Below, in pieces: positions 1 to 9,503 of a DNA stretch of 64,000 nucleotides. Positions within the stretch are counted from its first letter, which is position 1, and each line of letters starts with the position of its first letter. The stretch is from Pseudomonas sp. (GTDB lineage Bacteria > Pseudomonadota > Gammaproteobacteria > Pseudomonadales > Pseudomonadaceae). The DNA is taken from assembly GCF_041601375.1 (NCBI RefSeq), contig NZ_JBFIIG010000002.1, forward strand, positions 11,046-75,045, in the 5' to 3' direction. The position numbers and the translations under genes were made by a program. Below the pieces are notes generated by a model, which ran no database searches, was not told the DNA's origin, and saw only the letters and a program-made list of their open reading frames with translations.

Positions 1-116
1 TTGGATACTCCAACGCCCGGAGTTAAGCCGAGTCATTCTCTTGGTAACTAATGCTGCAAACTTTAGCAGTATCTGGCTGCGACCGCAGCCCTACCCGGGG
101 CCGGGCAGGGCGCGGG

Positions 117-980
117 TTAGCCGGCCTGGCTGTGGCCGATGCTCTGACCCATCTGCACGCTGCTGTTGGCGCTCAGGGTGGGCGCCCAGTTCACCTGATC
201 GGGGCCGAACAATACGATCGCCGTCGAGCCCAGCTTGAAGCGGCCCAGTTCCGCCCCCTGCTCCAGAACGATGGGCGCGCGCGCGGCCTCGTCATAGCGG
301 AAAGTTTTCAGCTGGCGCTTGGGTGGCGTGACCAGGCCGGCCCAGACGGTTTCGATCGAGGCGACGATCATCGCGCCGACCAGCACCACGGCCATCGGCC
401 CGCGTTCGGTGTCGAACAGGCAAACGACCCGCTCGTTGCGGGCGAACAGTTCCGGGACATTTTCCGCAGTGTTCTGGTTGACCGAAAACAGCCGGCCCGG
501 CACATAGACCATTTCCCGCAGGGTGCCGGTCAGTGGCATGTGCACGCGGTGGTAGTCCTTGGGCGACAGATAAATGGTCGCGAATTCGCCGCCCATGAAC
601 GGAGTGGCGCATTCGCTGTTGCCACCGAGCAGTTCGAGGACGCTGAAGCCGTGGCCCTTGGCCTGGAATATCCGGCCGTGCTCGATCTTGCCCAGTTGGC
701 TGACGGCGCCGTCGGCCGGGCTGAGGATCGCGCCTGGGGTGGTGTCCAGTGGGCGTGCGCCCTCTTTCAGGGCGCGGGTGAAGAACGCATTGAAGTGCTC
801 GAAGGCGCTCAGGTCTTCGATCTGTGCCTCGCTCATGTCGACCTGGTAGCGCTTGGCGAACCAGCTGGTCAGGCGGTTCTTGAACCAGACTGTACGGCAT
901 TCGGCTGCGCAGCCGATCAGGCGCGACAGCAGGTGGTGCGGCAGCAGGTACTGGCTGAGGATGAACAGGCGTTGCTTCAT
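117..980 (-). CDS. psd: Phosphatidylserine decarboxylase proenzyme
   Basis: Starts MKQRLFILSQY (ATG at 980); contains FFTRALK, SPADG, YLSPKDYHRVH and the GRFKLGST self-cleavage motif. Confidence 0.96.
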   Translation of the reverse strand: MKQRLFILSQYLLPHHLLSRLIGCAAECRTVWFKNRLTSWFAKRYQVDMSEAQIEDLSAFEHFNAFFTRALKEGARPLDTTPGAILSPADGAVSQLGKIEHGRIFQAKGHGFSVLELLGGNSECATPFMGGEFATIYLSPKDYHRVHMPLTGTLREMVYVPGRLFSVNQNTAENVPELFARNERVVCLFDTERGPMAVVLVGAMIVASIETVWAGLVTPPKRQLKTFRYDEAARAPIVLEQGAELGRFKLGSTAIVLFGPDQVNWAPTLSANSSVQMGQSIGHSQAG

Positions 981-1030
981 GGGTGTTCCTTGAGGATTCG
1001 ATGGCATGCGAATGGCAGCTGCTTGCTGGC

Positions 1031-1846
1031 TCAGCGTTCCACTGGGGTGTCGGGGTGGTTGCCCCACTCGCCCCAAGAGCCGGCGTAGGCCTTGACTCGC
1101 GGATAGCCGAGCGCCTTGGCCACCAGGTAGGTGAAACCGGAGCGGTGGTGCGTCTGGCAGTGGGTGATGATTTCCTTGTCCGGGCTGATGCCGAGGCTGG
1201 CGAGCAGCGTGGGCAGGTCTTGGCGAATGCGCAAGGCGCGGGCCGGATCCATGCCGGCCGTCCACTCGAAGTTGATCGCGCCAGGAATGTGTCCGGCTTT
1301 GGCGGCCAAGGCCTTTTCGCCGCTGTACTCGGCAGGTGAACGGGCATCCCAGATCGCCAGGTCGGCGGCGCCCAGGCGGCGTTGCAGGTATTCGCGGCTG
1401 GCTGTCGGGCCGTCGTCGAGCGTCAGCTCGAGTGTGCCGGTGCAGGCGGCGGGCTGCTCGGTGCTCAGCGGGCGATCCTCGGCCAGCCAGGCCTGCAGGC
1501 CGCCGTCGAGGTAGTGGTAATGCCTGTGGCCGATCACGTCCAGCAGCCAGATGAAGCGTCCGGCCCAGCCGCCGCCTTCGTCATCGTAGACCACGTAGAC
1601 GGCGTTCGGGTTATGACCCAGCTCGACGAATAGCTGTTCGAGTTGGGCGAGCTCCGGCAGCAGGCCGGGGGCCGGCGGCTGGCCCAGCTGGGTGCGTTTG
1701 GGGTCGACGAAGTGCGCGCCGGGAATGTGGCCGGCGGCATAGCGCGCGTTGCTGGTCAGGTCGACCAGAATCAGTTCGGGGGCATCCAGGCGCGCGGCCA
1801 GTTCGGCCGGTTCGATAACCAATGGCAATGCAGCGAAGGCAGTCAT
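1031..1846 (-). CDS. Two-domain rhodanese/thiosulfate sulfurtransferase (RhdA-like)
   Basis: GHIPGA in both domains, catalytic HCQTHHRS loop, C-terminal YAGSWGEW signature. Confidence 0.93.
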   Translation of the reverse strand: MTAFAALPLVIEPAELAARLDAPELILVDLTSNARYAAGHIPGAHFVDPKRTQLGQPPAPGLLPELAQLEQLFVELGHNPNAVYVVYDDEGGGWAGRFIWLLDVIGHRHYHYLDGGLQAWLAEDRPLSTEQPAACTGTLELTLDDGPTASREYLQRRLGAADLAIWDARSPAEYSGEKALAAKAGHIPGAINFEWTAGMDPARALRIRQDLPTLLASLGISPDKEIITHCQTHHRSGFTYLVAKALGYPRVKAYAGSWGEWGNHPDTPVER

Positions 1847-1919
1847 GCCGGGCCTCTTTGATGGCAAGTTGTGACAAGACGAACAAGAAGACGGATTGTA
1901 GCGGAAAGCCTAGTGTTCA

Positions 1920-2036
1920 GAGGGTGTGAAAATATCGAGCGCCGTCGCGAGAGCGTCTCCTGGTGTTCGCGTATCGCAACGCCAGCAGCGGGCGGCAGGA
2001 GGCGGTCGCAGTAGGCGGGAGTTTTTTCACAACCTC
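1920..2036. mobile_element. MITE-like element, family A (copy 1)
   Basis: Terminal IRs GAGGGTGTGAAAA / TTTTCACAACCTC, flanked by TCA direct repeats (1917-1919, 2037-2039); homologous to copies at 22736, 32659 and 40317. Confidence 0.8.
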
Positions 2037-3553
2037 TCACGTTTGGCAAAGCTGTCCAGGGCGCGCTGAATGCATTGCGCGGTTTTACCGAAGGCCTGCA
2101 CGTTGGCATCGCCGAGTACGGCGCCGTCCTGGTCGGCGACGATGATCATCACCACGTGGCCGTTGCTGGCCAGTGAGCGGATCAGCAGGTGTTCGCTGGG
2201 GAATAGCGCTTTCAGTGAGCCCGGCAGCAGGGCCGAGAATTGCGCGATAGTGGCCGGTGTCAGGCGCAGCTGTGCCGGTGCCTTGAGCAGGCGGCGCAGC
2301 ACCTGGCTGTGCTGCGGGTCGATGACCAGGCTGCTGGCCGACTTGTCCAGGCCGGCCTGTTGCTGCGCTCGCAGGCGGCTGTGGCTGCGGTCGGCCAGGA
2401 GCAGCAGCACCCGCGACATGCCGCAGGCTTGCAGGGCTTGCGTGGTGGTGCTGGTGAGCTGGTCGAGGTTGTGGAACGCACTCGGCTGTACGAGCAATTG
2501 CGCGCAGTGTTGCCGCCATCCACTGTCTGCCGGCGCTGTCCTCGCCGGTGAAGCGGCGGGCTTGCCTTGCAGGCGCCGAGCGTCCCAGGGCCAGAGCAGG
2601 GCTTGGGCAGGGTGCCAGAGTGCTGGCGTGGCATGCTGGCGCGCGCTCTGCGCCGCGTGCTGGTGAATCTGTTGCTGCACGTCGCCCAGCGGCAGCTGCA
2701 GGTAGAGCCCGGTCAGGTGTTGCCAGCGCAGGCTGTGCGGGCTGTTCCAGGCGTGATGGGCAGACAGTGCCAGGCCATTGGCCAGTAAAATGCTATTGGC
2801 TGGCTGGGTTAGCCAGCGCCGCAGTGGCGTGTCGGCATCGAGCATTTGCTGCTGATGCAGGGGGTGCTGATTGTCGCGGGCGATGTGCAGGGCTTTGACC
2901 AGTTGGCGGCGGTCTGCCACCAGCAGGCGGTAGCCCTGAATCACCCAGTCGGGCAGGCGCCAGCGCTCGGCCAATGCCAGGCACAGGGCGAGCAGGGGCA
3001 CGCCGAGCAGATCCTGCTCGACGCTGGCGGCCGGTTCGGCTCGGGCCAGCACCCGTTGCTCCCATTGCTCGAACAGCTCGGGGTGGGCTGCCAGCAACGG
3101 CCAGATAGGCGCGAGAAACAGCAGGCTGCCCCAGTGGATTTCCTGCCAGAGCCGCGCCAGGCGTCCGCTGAACAAGCCGCTGGCTTGCTGCGCGGCGTGT
3201 TGGCTGATCAGTTGGACCTGCCGCAGCGCCAGGGGAATTTCCTCGAGGGGGCGAGCGGGTTGGCGTTTGACCAGCTCCAGGGTGCGCTGCAGGCCCAGTC
3301 GACTGAGCGCGCTTTCCAGGCTTTCGGCGCAGGCGCTGAAACTGCCTGCCTGTCGATTGGCCTCCCGTAGCACGCAGAGTGCCAGGGCTGGGCTGGCCTG
3401 CATCAAATCGGCAATTTCACGCAGCGAGCGGCGGCTGTCGGACAGGGCGCGACAGACATTCAAGTGTTGTTCGACGGGCACTGGCAACAAGTGTTTGTCC
3501 AGCTGTGCGAGCCAGTCTTCGAGGGTGCGTGGTAGGGGTTTTGAGGTGGGCAT
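2027..3553 (-). CDS. HDOD domain-containing protein
   Basis: HDOD-like N-terminus (SPALALCVLREAN, ALSRLG, ERWRLP) and GAF-like C-terminus; usual neighbour of motA in Pseudomonas. Confidence 0.85.
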   Translation of the reverse strand: MPTSKPLPRTLEDWLAQLDKHLLPVPVEQHLNVCRALSDSRRSLREIADLMQASPALALCVLREANRQAGSFSACAESLESALSRLGLQRTLELVKRQPARPLEEIPLALRQVQLISQHAAQQASGLFSGRLARLWQEIHWGSLLFLAPIWPLLAAHPELFEQWEQRVLARAEPAASVEQDLLGVPLLALCLALAERWRLPDWVIQGYRLLVADRRQLVKALHIARDNQHPLHQQQMLDADTPLRRWLTQPANSILLANGLALSAHHAWNSPHSLRWQHLTGLYLQLPLGDVQQQIHQHAAQSARQHATPALWHPAQALLWPWDARRLQGKPAASPARTAPADSGWRQHCAQLLVQPSAFHNLDQLTSTTTQALQACGMSRVLLLLADRSHSRLRAQQQAGLDKSASSLVIDPQHSQVLRRLLKAPAQLRLTPATIAQFSALLPGSLKALFPSEHLLIRSLASNGHVVMIIVADQDGAVLGDANVQAFGKTAQCIQRALDSFAKRERL

Positions 3554-3590
3554 CTGTGCTTAGCCATGCTGGCTTTTAGACTTAACTGCC

Positions 3591-3617
3591 TATAGTCTCG
3601 CGCATTAGTTCCGATAA
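3591..3617 (+). promoter_or_regulatory. Candidate sigma28 (FliA) promoter of motAB
   Basis: TATAG-N14-TCCGATAA upstream of motA, resembling TCAAG-N14-GCCGATAA. Confidence 0.45.
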
Positions 3618-3672
3618 ATAGAAGGGTTGTTTTGCATAACCCTCACTCCAGGCTCGCGCAAGTTTCCTTTCT

Positions 3673-4524
3673 ATGGCAAAAATCATTGGCATCATCGTTG
3701 TAATTGCTAGCGTGCTCGGCGGATTCATGCTGTCCGGCGGCCAGTTCATGGCGCTGGTGCATCCGTTTGAAGTATTGATCATCGGCGGTGCCGCGCTGGG
3801 GGCTTTTCTGCAGGCCAACCCGGGTAGCATGTTCATGCGCGTGTTCAAGAAATCCTTGAGCATGTTCAGTTCGCGTTTCAGTCACGCCTATTACCTGGAA
3901 GTGCTCAAGCTGGTCTACGAGATCCTCAACAAGAGTCGGCGCGAAGGCATGATGGCCATCGAGGCCGATATCGAGGAGCCTGCGGCCAGTCCGATCTTCA
4001 GCAAGTATCCGAGCATCCTCAAAGACGAGCGGATGACGGCCTATCTCTGCGATTACCTGCGCATCATGTCCTCCGGCAATATGGCGCCGCATGAGCTGGA
4101 AGGCTTGTTCGACATGGAGATCGCCAGCCTCAAGGAAGAACTGGAACATCCCGCTCATGCCGTGGCCAAGGTCGCCGATGCCATGCCTGCCATGGGGATC
4201 GTCGCGGCGGTGCTGGGGATTGTGATCACCATGTCGATCCTCGCCGAAGCCGACAACGCGCAGATCGGCCAGAAGGTGGGTACGGCGCTGGTCGGCACCT
4301 TCCTCGGGATTCTCGCCTCCTACGGTTTCTTCGGGCCGCTGTCCGGGGCGCTGGAGCATGACGCCAAGGAAGAGCTGAACATATACGAAGCGATCAAGGC
4401 TGGCCTGGTCGCTTCGGCGTCCGGCATGCCGCCGTCGCTGGCCGTCGAATTCTCGCGCAAGGTGCTCTATCCGGCCCATCGCCCGAGCTTTTCCGAGCTC
4501 GAGCAGGCGATGCGCGGAAACTAA
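3673..4524 (+). CDS. motA: Flagellar stator protein MotA
   Basis: EVLIIGGAALGAF, PAMGIVAAVLG, ALVGTFLGI motifs. Confidence 0.96.
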   Translation: MAKIIGIIVVIASVLGGFMLSGGQFMALVHPFEVLIIGGAALGAFLQANPGSMFMRVFKKSLSMFSSRFSHAYYLEVLKLVYEILNKSRREGMMAIEADIEEPAASPIFSKYPSILKDERMTAYLCDYLRIMSSGNMAPHELEGLFDMEIASLKEELEHPAHAVAKVADAMPAMGIVAAVLGIVITMSILAEADNAQIGQKVGTALVGTFLGILASYGFFGPLSGALEHDAKEELNIYEAIKAGLVASASGMPPSLAVEFSRKVLYPAHRPSFSELEQAMRGN

Positions 4525-4530
4525 CGGAAA

Positions 4531-5559
4531 ATGGACAACAATCAGCCGATCATCGTCAAGCGGGTCAAGAAGGCCGCTGCTGGCCATCATGGCGGGGCCT
4601 GGAAAATCGCCTTCGCCGACTTCGCCACGGCGATGATGGCATTCTTCCTGGTGATGTGGCTGATGTCCGTGGCTACCCCCGAGCAGAAGAAGTTGATCTC
4701 CGGATACTTCAAGGATCCGATCGGCTTTTCCGAAAGCGCCAGTCCCTTCGTCATCGACCTCGGCGGCTCGCCCACGCCGGCGCCGGATCGCACGCTCAAT
4801 CAGCAGGTCGACGATCAGACCGAGGGCGAGGAAGTCGAGATCGAGCCGGCGCAGCCCAGCCCCGCGCAGGCCGACGGCAAGGCCGAGGAAGTGGAGCGCG
4901 AGCGCCTCGAGCTGTTGCTGCAGGAGCTGCAGAACAAGGTCGAGGAGAATCCGCAGCTGCAGCGCTTCAAGGATCAGATTCTGTTCGAGATCACCCAGGA
5001 CGGCTTGCGTATCCAGATCATGGACGCCGAGAACCGGCCGATGTTCGCTAGCGGCAGTGCACGCTTGCAGCCGTATTTCGAGGACATTCTGCTGGCCCTG
5101 GCCGACACCATCAGGGCGGTGCCGAACAAAATCAGCGTCAGCGGCCACACCGATGCCAAGCCGTTTGCCGGTGCCGCCGAGTTCGGCAATTGGGAGCTCT
5201 CGGCGGATCGGGCCAATGCCGCTCGGCGCGCCCTGATCGCCGGTGGTTATGACGAGGCGCAGGTGGCCCGGGTGGTTGGCTATGCGTCGTCGGCGTTGTT
5301 CGATCGAGACAACCCGCTGAACCCGGTCAATCGGCGTATCGACATCGTCGTGTTGACGAAGAAGGCACAGCGCGCCATCGAGGGCGAGCAGGATGGCGCT
5401 GGCGACCCAGAGCCTGAGGGGGTTGAGGGGGCTGGCAGCACTGCCGCGCCTGATGGGCCGCAGCCGCCTGGCGCGGATCCGGCCGGGACGGATGAGGTGC
5501 GCGAGCGCTTGAATATTTTCGAGGACGGGGTGTTGCAGTTCGATCAGCCGAGCGAATGA
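4531..5559 (+). CDS. motB: Flagellar stator protein MotB
   Basis: HHGGAWKIAFADFATAMMAFF helix; OmpA-like GHTD...NWELSADRA...NRRIDI. Confidence 0.96.
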   Translation: MDNNQPIIVKRVKKAAAGHHGGAWKIAFADFATAMMAFFLVMWLMSVATPEQKKLISGYFKDPIGFSESASPFVIDLGGSPTPAPDRTLNQQVDDQTEGEEVEIEPAQPSPAQADGKAEEVERERLELLLQELQNKVEENPQLQRFKDQILFEITQDGLRIQIMDAENRPMFASGSARLQPYFEDILLALADTIRAVPNKISVSGHTDAKPFAGAAEFGNWELSADRANAARRALIAGGYDEAQVARVVGYASSALFDRDNPLNPVNRRIDIVVLTKKAQRAIEGEQDGAGDPEPEGVEGAGSTAAPDGPQPPGADPAGTDEVRERLNIFEDGVLQFDQPSE

Positions 5560-5610
5560 GTCGCCGGTCGTACGCCCCGGGCCGCGAGTGATCGCGGCCC
5601 GGTCGTGTCA

Positions 5611-5650
5611 GCGCTTGTGAAAATATCGCGCGAGAGTTTGCACAGCCTTA
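5611..5650. mobile_element. Internally deleted family A MITE remnant
   Basis: GCGCTTGTGAAAATATCGCGCG...TTTGCACAGCCTT keeps both degenerate ends; abuts the rsgA stop codon. Confidence 0.55.
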
Positions 5651-6682
5651 TCAGTAGTCCGCTTCGGGCAGGCTGGCCAGGATGTGTCGGTAGCTGGCCA
5701 TCCGTTGTGGCTGGATGCGGCCGTCTTCCAGGGCCTTGAGCAGGGCGCAGCCAGGCTCGCGGTCATGCTTGCAGTCGCGAAAGCGGCACTGGCCTATCAG
5801 TTCGTTGAACTCGATGAAGCCGGCTTCGACATCCGCGCGGCTGACGTGCACCAGGCCGAACTCGCGGATGCCGGGCGAGTCGATCAGCTCGCCGCCGCCC
5901 GGGAAGTGGAACAGGCGGGCGGTGGTGGTGGTGTGGGTGCCCTTGCCGGTCAGTTCCGACAGCGGCCCGACCCGGGTGTCCACGCCTGGCAGCAGGCTGT
6001 TGACCAGCGACGACTTGCCAACCCCGGACTGGCCGACGAAGACGCTGACGTGGCCGTCGAGCTGCTGCTTGAGCTGCTCCATGCCGTCGCCCTGATGGGC
6101 CGAGACTTCCTGCACGGGATAGCCGAGCTGGCGATAGACGCCGAGCAGGACATTCAGCGCCACGGCGTTCTGCTCGTCGATCAGGTCGGCCTTGTTCAGC
6201 AGCAGCAAGGGGCGGATGCCGGCGTGTTCGGCGGCCACCAGGTAGCGGTCGATCAGGTTGGCGTGGGGTTCGGGCAGCGGTGCGAAGACGATCACGATCA
6301 GGTCGACGTTGGCCGCCACCGGCTTCAGCTGGCCGCGGGTATCCGGGCGGCACAGTTCGGTTTTACGCGGCAGTTGCGCGACTATGACGCCGATGCCCTG
6401 GTTGCCGGCGCGCCAGACCACGCGATCGCCGGTGACCATGGCGGGCAGGTTGGCGCGCAGGTGGCAGCGAAATACCTGGCCGGCCAGTTCGCCGTCTGTG
6501 GCTTCGACTTCGACCTGCACGCCAAAGTGGGCGATGACCAGGCCTAGCTGTTCCGGGCCGAGGTCGCCACCCTCGAGGGTTTGCACGGCCTGCGACTCGC
6601 GCTTGGCCGCGCGGGCGGCTCGTTCGCCCTGAATTTTGTCGATGCGCCAGCTTTGCCGGCGGTTGAGTTGGCGTTTGGCCAT
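5651..6682 (-). CDS. rsgA: Small ribosomal subunit biogenesis GTPase RsgA
   Basis: Circularly permuted [20 protein letters not shown] motifs; [12 protein letters not shown] zinc finger. Confidence 0.97.
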   Translation of the reverse strand: MAKRQLNRRQSWRIDKIQGERAARAAKRESQAVQTLEGGDLGPEQLGLVIAHFGVQVEVEATDGELAGQVFRCHLRANLPAMVTGDRVVWRAGNQGIGVIVAQLPRKTELCRPDTRGQLKPVAANVDLIVIVFAPLPEPHANLIDRYLVAAEHAGIRPLLLLNKADLIDEQNAVALNVLLGVYRQLGYPVQEVSAHQGDGMEQLKQQLDGHVSVFVGQSGVGKSSLVNSLLPGVDTRVGPLSELTGKGTHTTTTARLFHFPGGGELIDSPGIREFGLVHVSRADVEAGFIEFNELIGQCRFRDCKHDREPGCALLKALEDGRIQPQRMASYRHILASLPEADY

Positions 6683-6842
6683 GAAAGTTCCGAGGTTGAC
6701 TTGCGGTGAAATCCGCCAGCGAGTCTAGCACGCGGCACGTGCCGACTCGCGCTGCTGCGTTGCCGGATGCCGAGAGTTAGTGCCGGGGGTTAGACTGCAG
6801 CGCAGTGACGATAGACAGTTAGAGGCGAAATGGAGGCGATAG

Positions 6843-7649
6843 ATGGTTGCGCGTGTAGCGATGATTGCTCGAGTGGCCGGCCGCCATCCGGCCCTGCTGG
6901 CGTTGCTGGCGCAGCTGTGTGCGGCGCTGCTGGTGGGCGGGGCGATCGTCCTGGCGGTGCAGTTTTCGAGCTGGCGCCCCAGCGCTTTGGCCGCCGGTTT
7001 GGTCCAGGGCTTGCTGGCGGCGAGTGTCGCTCGTTGGCTCGGTCTGGCGTCATGGTGGTGGTGGCTGAACCTGGGGTTTGTCCCGGCGCTGCTGCTGCTC
7101 GGTGGTGCGGCGCTGCCGTCCTGGGTGTTTTTAGCCGGCTTCCTGCTGCTGTTGCTGGGCAACTGGAACAGTGTCGGCGAGCGGGTGCCGCTGTATATGA
7201 CCGGCGCGCGCAGTCGCCAGCAGTTGGCCGAGTGGCTCGCCGGGCAAGCGGCCGCTTTCCGCTTCGTCGACCTCGGCTGTGGTCCGGCGGGCACCTTGCT
7301 CTGGCTGGCGCGGCGCTTTCCCCGGGCGCAGTTCGTCGGGGTGGAGACCGCGCCCTTGCCGTTTCTCATCGCCTGGCTGCGCGCCCTGCCGCAGAGCAAC
7401 TGCCGGATTCGCTACCAGAATCTCTGGCGCACCGATCTGGCGGGATTCGACGTGGTTTATTGCTTCCTCTCGCCGGCGCCGATGGCGGCGCTCTGGACCA
7501 AGGCCGTGGCGCAGATGGCCGTCGGTGCCTGGCTGGTCAGCAACAGCTTCGAGGTGCCCGGCGTGCCGGCCGATCAGCAAGTCGAACTGCATGACTGGCG
7601 CCGCTCGCGTCTGCTGTTATGGCGGATGCCGGCAGTCGCTCGGGCGTGA
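6843..7649 (+). CDS. Membrane-anchored class I SAM-dependent methyltransferase
   Basis: Hydrophobic N-terminal helices, then VPLY, FVDLGCG, VGVE, DVVYCFLS, LVSNSF; GGAGG RBS. Confidence 0.82.
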   Translation: MVARVAMIARVAGRHPALLALLAQLCAALLVGGAIVLAVQFSSWRPSALAAGLVQGLLAASVARWLGLASWWWWLNLGFVPALLLLGGAALPSWVFLAGFLLLLLGNWNSVGERVPLYMTGARSRQQLAEWLAGQAAAFRFVDLGCGPAGTLLWLARRFPRAQFVGVETAPLPFLIAWLRALPQSNCRIRYQNLWRTDLAGFDVVYCFLSPAPMAALWTKAVAQMAVGAWLVSNSFEVPGVPADQQVELHDWRRSRLLLWRMPAVARA

Positions 7650-7729
7650 CCGGGCGTGGTGCGGACAAGTCCGCCGCTTCGCGGGCGACTTTATTCGCTA
7701 AACTGCCGGCATCAGCCGAGGAGTAGAAC

Positions 7730-8311
7730 ATGCAGAACCCGCAGAATCTGATCTGGATCGACCTGGAAATGACCGGGCTCGATCCGGAGAAGGACGTGAT
7801 CATCGAAATGGCCACGATCATTACCGATAGCGAGCTCAACATTCTGGCCGAAGGCCCGGTGCTTGCGGTGCATCAGAGTGACGAGGCGCTTGCCGGCATG
7901 GATGAATGGAACACCCGCACCCATGGCGACAGTGGCCTGGTCAAGCGGGTGCGGGAGAGCAGGATCAGTCAGGCCGAGGCCGAGGCGCAGACCATCGCCT
8001 TTCTCGAGCAGTGGGTGCCCAAGGGCCAGTCGCCGATCTGCGGCAACAGCATCGGTCAGGATCGGCGCTTTCTCTATCGCTACATGCCGGATCTGGAAGC
8101 CTATTTCCACTACCGCTATCTGGATGTCTCGACCCTGAAAATCCTCGCCGAACGCTGGGCGCCGAAACTCAAGGAAGGATTTCTGAAAAAAGCCAGCCAC
8201 CAGGCGCTGGACGATATCCGCGAGTCCATCGCCGAACTCCAGTACTACCGCGAGCATTTCCTCAAAGTTGGCGCGCAGGGAGCACATGCCGAGGCGCCGA
8301 AAGCCGATTAA
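7730..8311 (+). CDS. orn: Oligoribonuclease
   Basis: [33 protein letters not shown] (DEDDh). Confidence 0.97.
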   Translation: MQNPQNLIWIDLEMTGLDPEKDVIIEMATIITDSELNILAEGPVLAVHQSDEALAGMDEWNTRTHGDSGLVKRVRESRISQAEAEAQTIAFLEQWVPKGQSPICGNSIGQDRRFLYRYMPDLEAYFHYRYLDVSTLKILAERWAPKLKEGFLKKASHQALDDIRESIAELQYYREHFLKVGAQGAHAEAPKAD

Positions 8312-8370
8312 GGGCGCTGCAGGCTGGGCCTAGGGCAGGCGCGGGATGAGGGTTTTTGGCCCCATTCCCG

Positions 8371-9444
8371 TTAACCCTGGCCGCGGCGCCGATGCTGTGC
8401 CAGCGCCCACTCGACATGCTCGCGCACCAGCGCCGAGGGGTGGTCGCGGCGGGCTTGCAGCGCCTCGAGCACCGGGATGCTCGAGGGGGCATTGCCCAGG
8501 CCGACGGCCAGGTTGCGCAGCCAGCGCTCGTAGCCGGCACGGCGCAGTGGCGAGCCTTCGGTGCGGCTGAGGAACTCCTCTTCGCTCCAGCGGAACAGTG
8601 CGGCCAGCTCGGCGTTGTCCAAGTGATGGCGTGGCTGAAAGTCGCCCTGCTCGGTAGGGCGGGCGAAACGGTTCCACGGGCAGACCAGTTGGCAGTCGTC
8701 GCAGCCGAACACGCGGTTGCCGATCGGCGCACGCAGCTCCTCGGGGATCGCGCCTTTCAATTCGATGGTCAGGTAGGAAATGCAGCGTCGCGCATCCAGC
8801 ACGTAAGGGCCGACAAAGGCCCCGGTCGGGCAGATGTCCAGGCACGCGGTGCAGCGCCCACAATGTTCGCTGGCGTGCGGCGCATCGACCGGCAGGGGCA
8901 GGTCGACGAACAGCTCGCCAAGGAAGAAGTAGCTGCCGGCGCCGCGGTTGAGCACCAGGGTATTCTTGCCGATCCAGCCGAGTCCGGCCTGTTCGGCGAT
9001 GGCCTTTTCCAGTACCGGCGCGCTGTCGACGAAGGCGCGGTAGCCGAACGGGCCGATCTGCTGCTGGATGCGCTCGGCCAGTTGTTGCAGGCGCTTGCGG
9101 ATCAGCTTGTGGTAATCGCGGCCCAGGGCGTAGCGCGATACATAGGCTTTCTCCGGTTCGCCCAGGCGCTGGGCCATCTGCGTGTCACCGGGCAGGTAGT
9201 CCATGCGCAGCGAGACCACGCGCAAGGTGCCGGGCACCAGTTGCTCGGGGTGCGAGCGTTTGCTGCCGTGGGCGGCCATGTAGTCCATCTCGCCCTGGTA
9301 GCCGGCGTCCAGCCAGCGTTGCAGGTGCGCCTCGTGCTCGCTCAGCTCCAGCCCGGCAATGCCGACCTGTTGAAAGCCCAGCTCGCGACCCCAATTCTTG
9401 ATCGACTGGGCGAGGGCGGTGAGGTCGAGTGCGACAGTTGTCAT
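8371..9444 (-). CDS. queG: Epoxyqueuosine reductase
   Basis: YALGRDYH, CGRCTACLDICP, RCISYLTIE, FGCDDCQLVCPWN. Confidence 0.96.
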   Translation of the reverse strand: MTTVALDLTALAQSIKNWGRELGFQQVGIAGLELSEHEAHLQRWLDAGYQGEMDYMAAHGSKRSHPEQLVPGTLRVVSLRMDYLPGDTQMAQRLGEPEKAYVSRYALGRDYHKLIRKRLQQLAERIQQQIGPFGYRAFVDSAPVLEKAIAEQAGLGWIGKNTLVLNRGAGSYFFLGELFVDLPLPVDAPHASEHCGRCTACLDICPTGAFVGPYVLDARRCISYLTIELKGAIPEELRAPIGNRVFGCDDCQLVCPWNRFARPTEQGDFQPRHHLDNAELAALFRWSEEEFLSRTEGSPLRRAGYERWLRNLAVGLGNAPSSIPVLEALQARRDHPSALVREHVEWALAQHRRRGQG

Positions 9445-9503
9445 ATGGGGCGGGTAACCGGGGCGGAGGTAGGTATAATTCTGCCAGACATCGGAGCCGA
9501 CGC

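Noticed and set aside
1-36. Possible start of a minus-strand gene (MTRLNSGRWSIQ) leaving the window
   Set aside because: Too short to identify or to confirm as coding
8263-8311. Short C-terminal extension of Orn ([14 protein letters not shown])
   Set aside because: A low-complexity tail, most simply explained by stop-codon drift; catalytic motifs are normal
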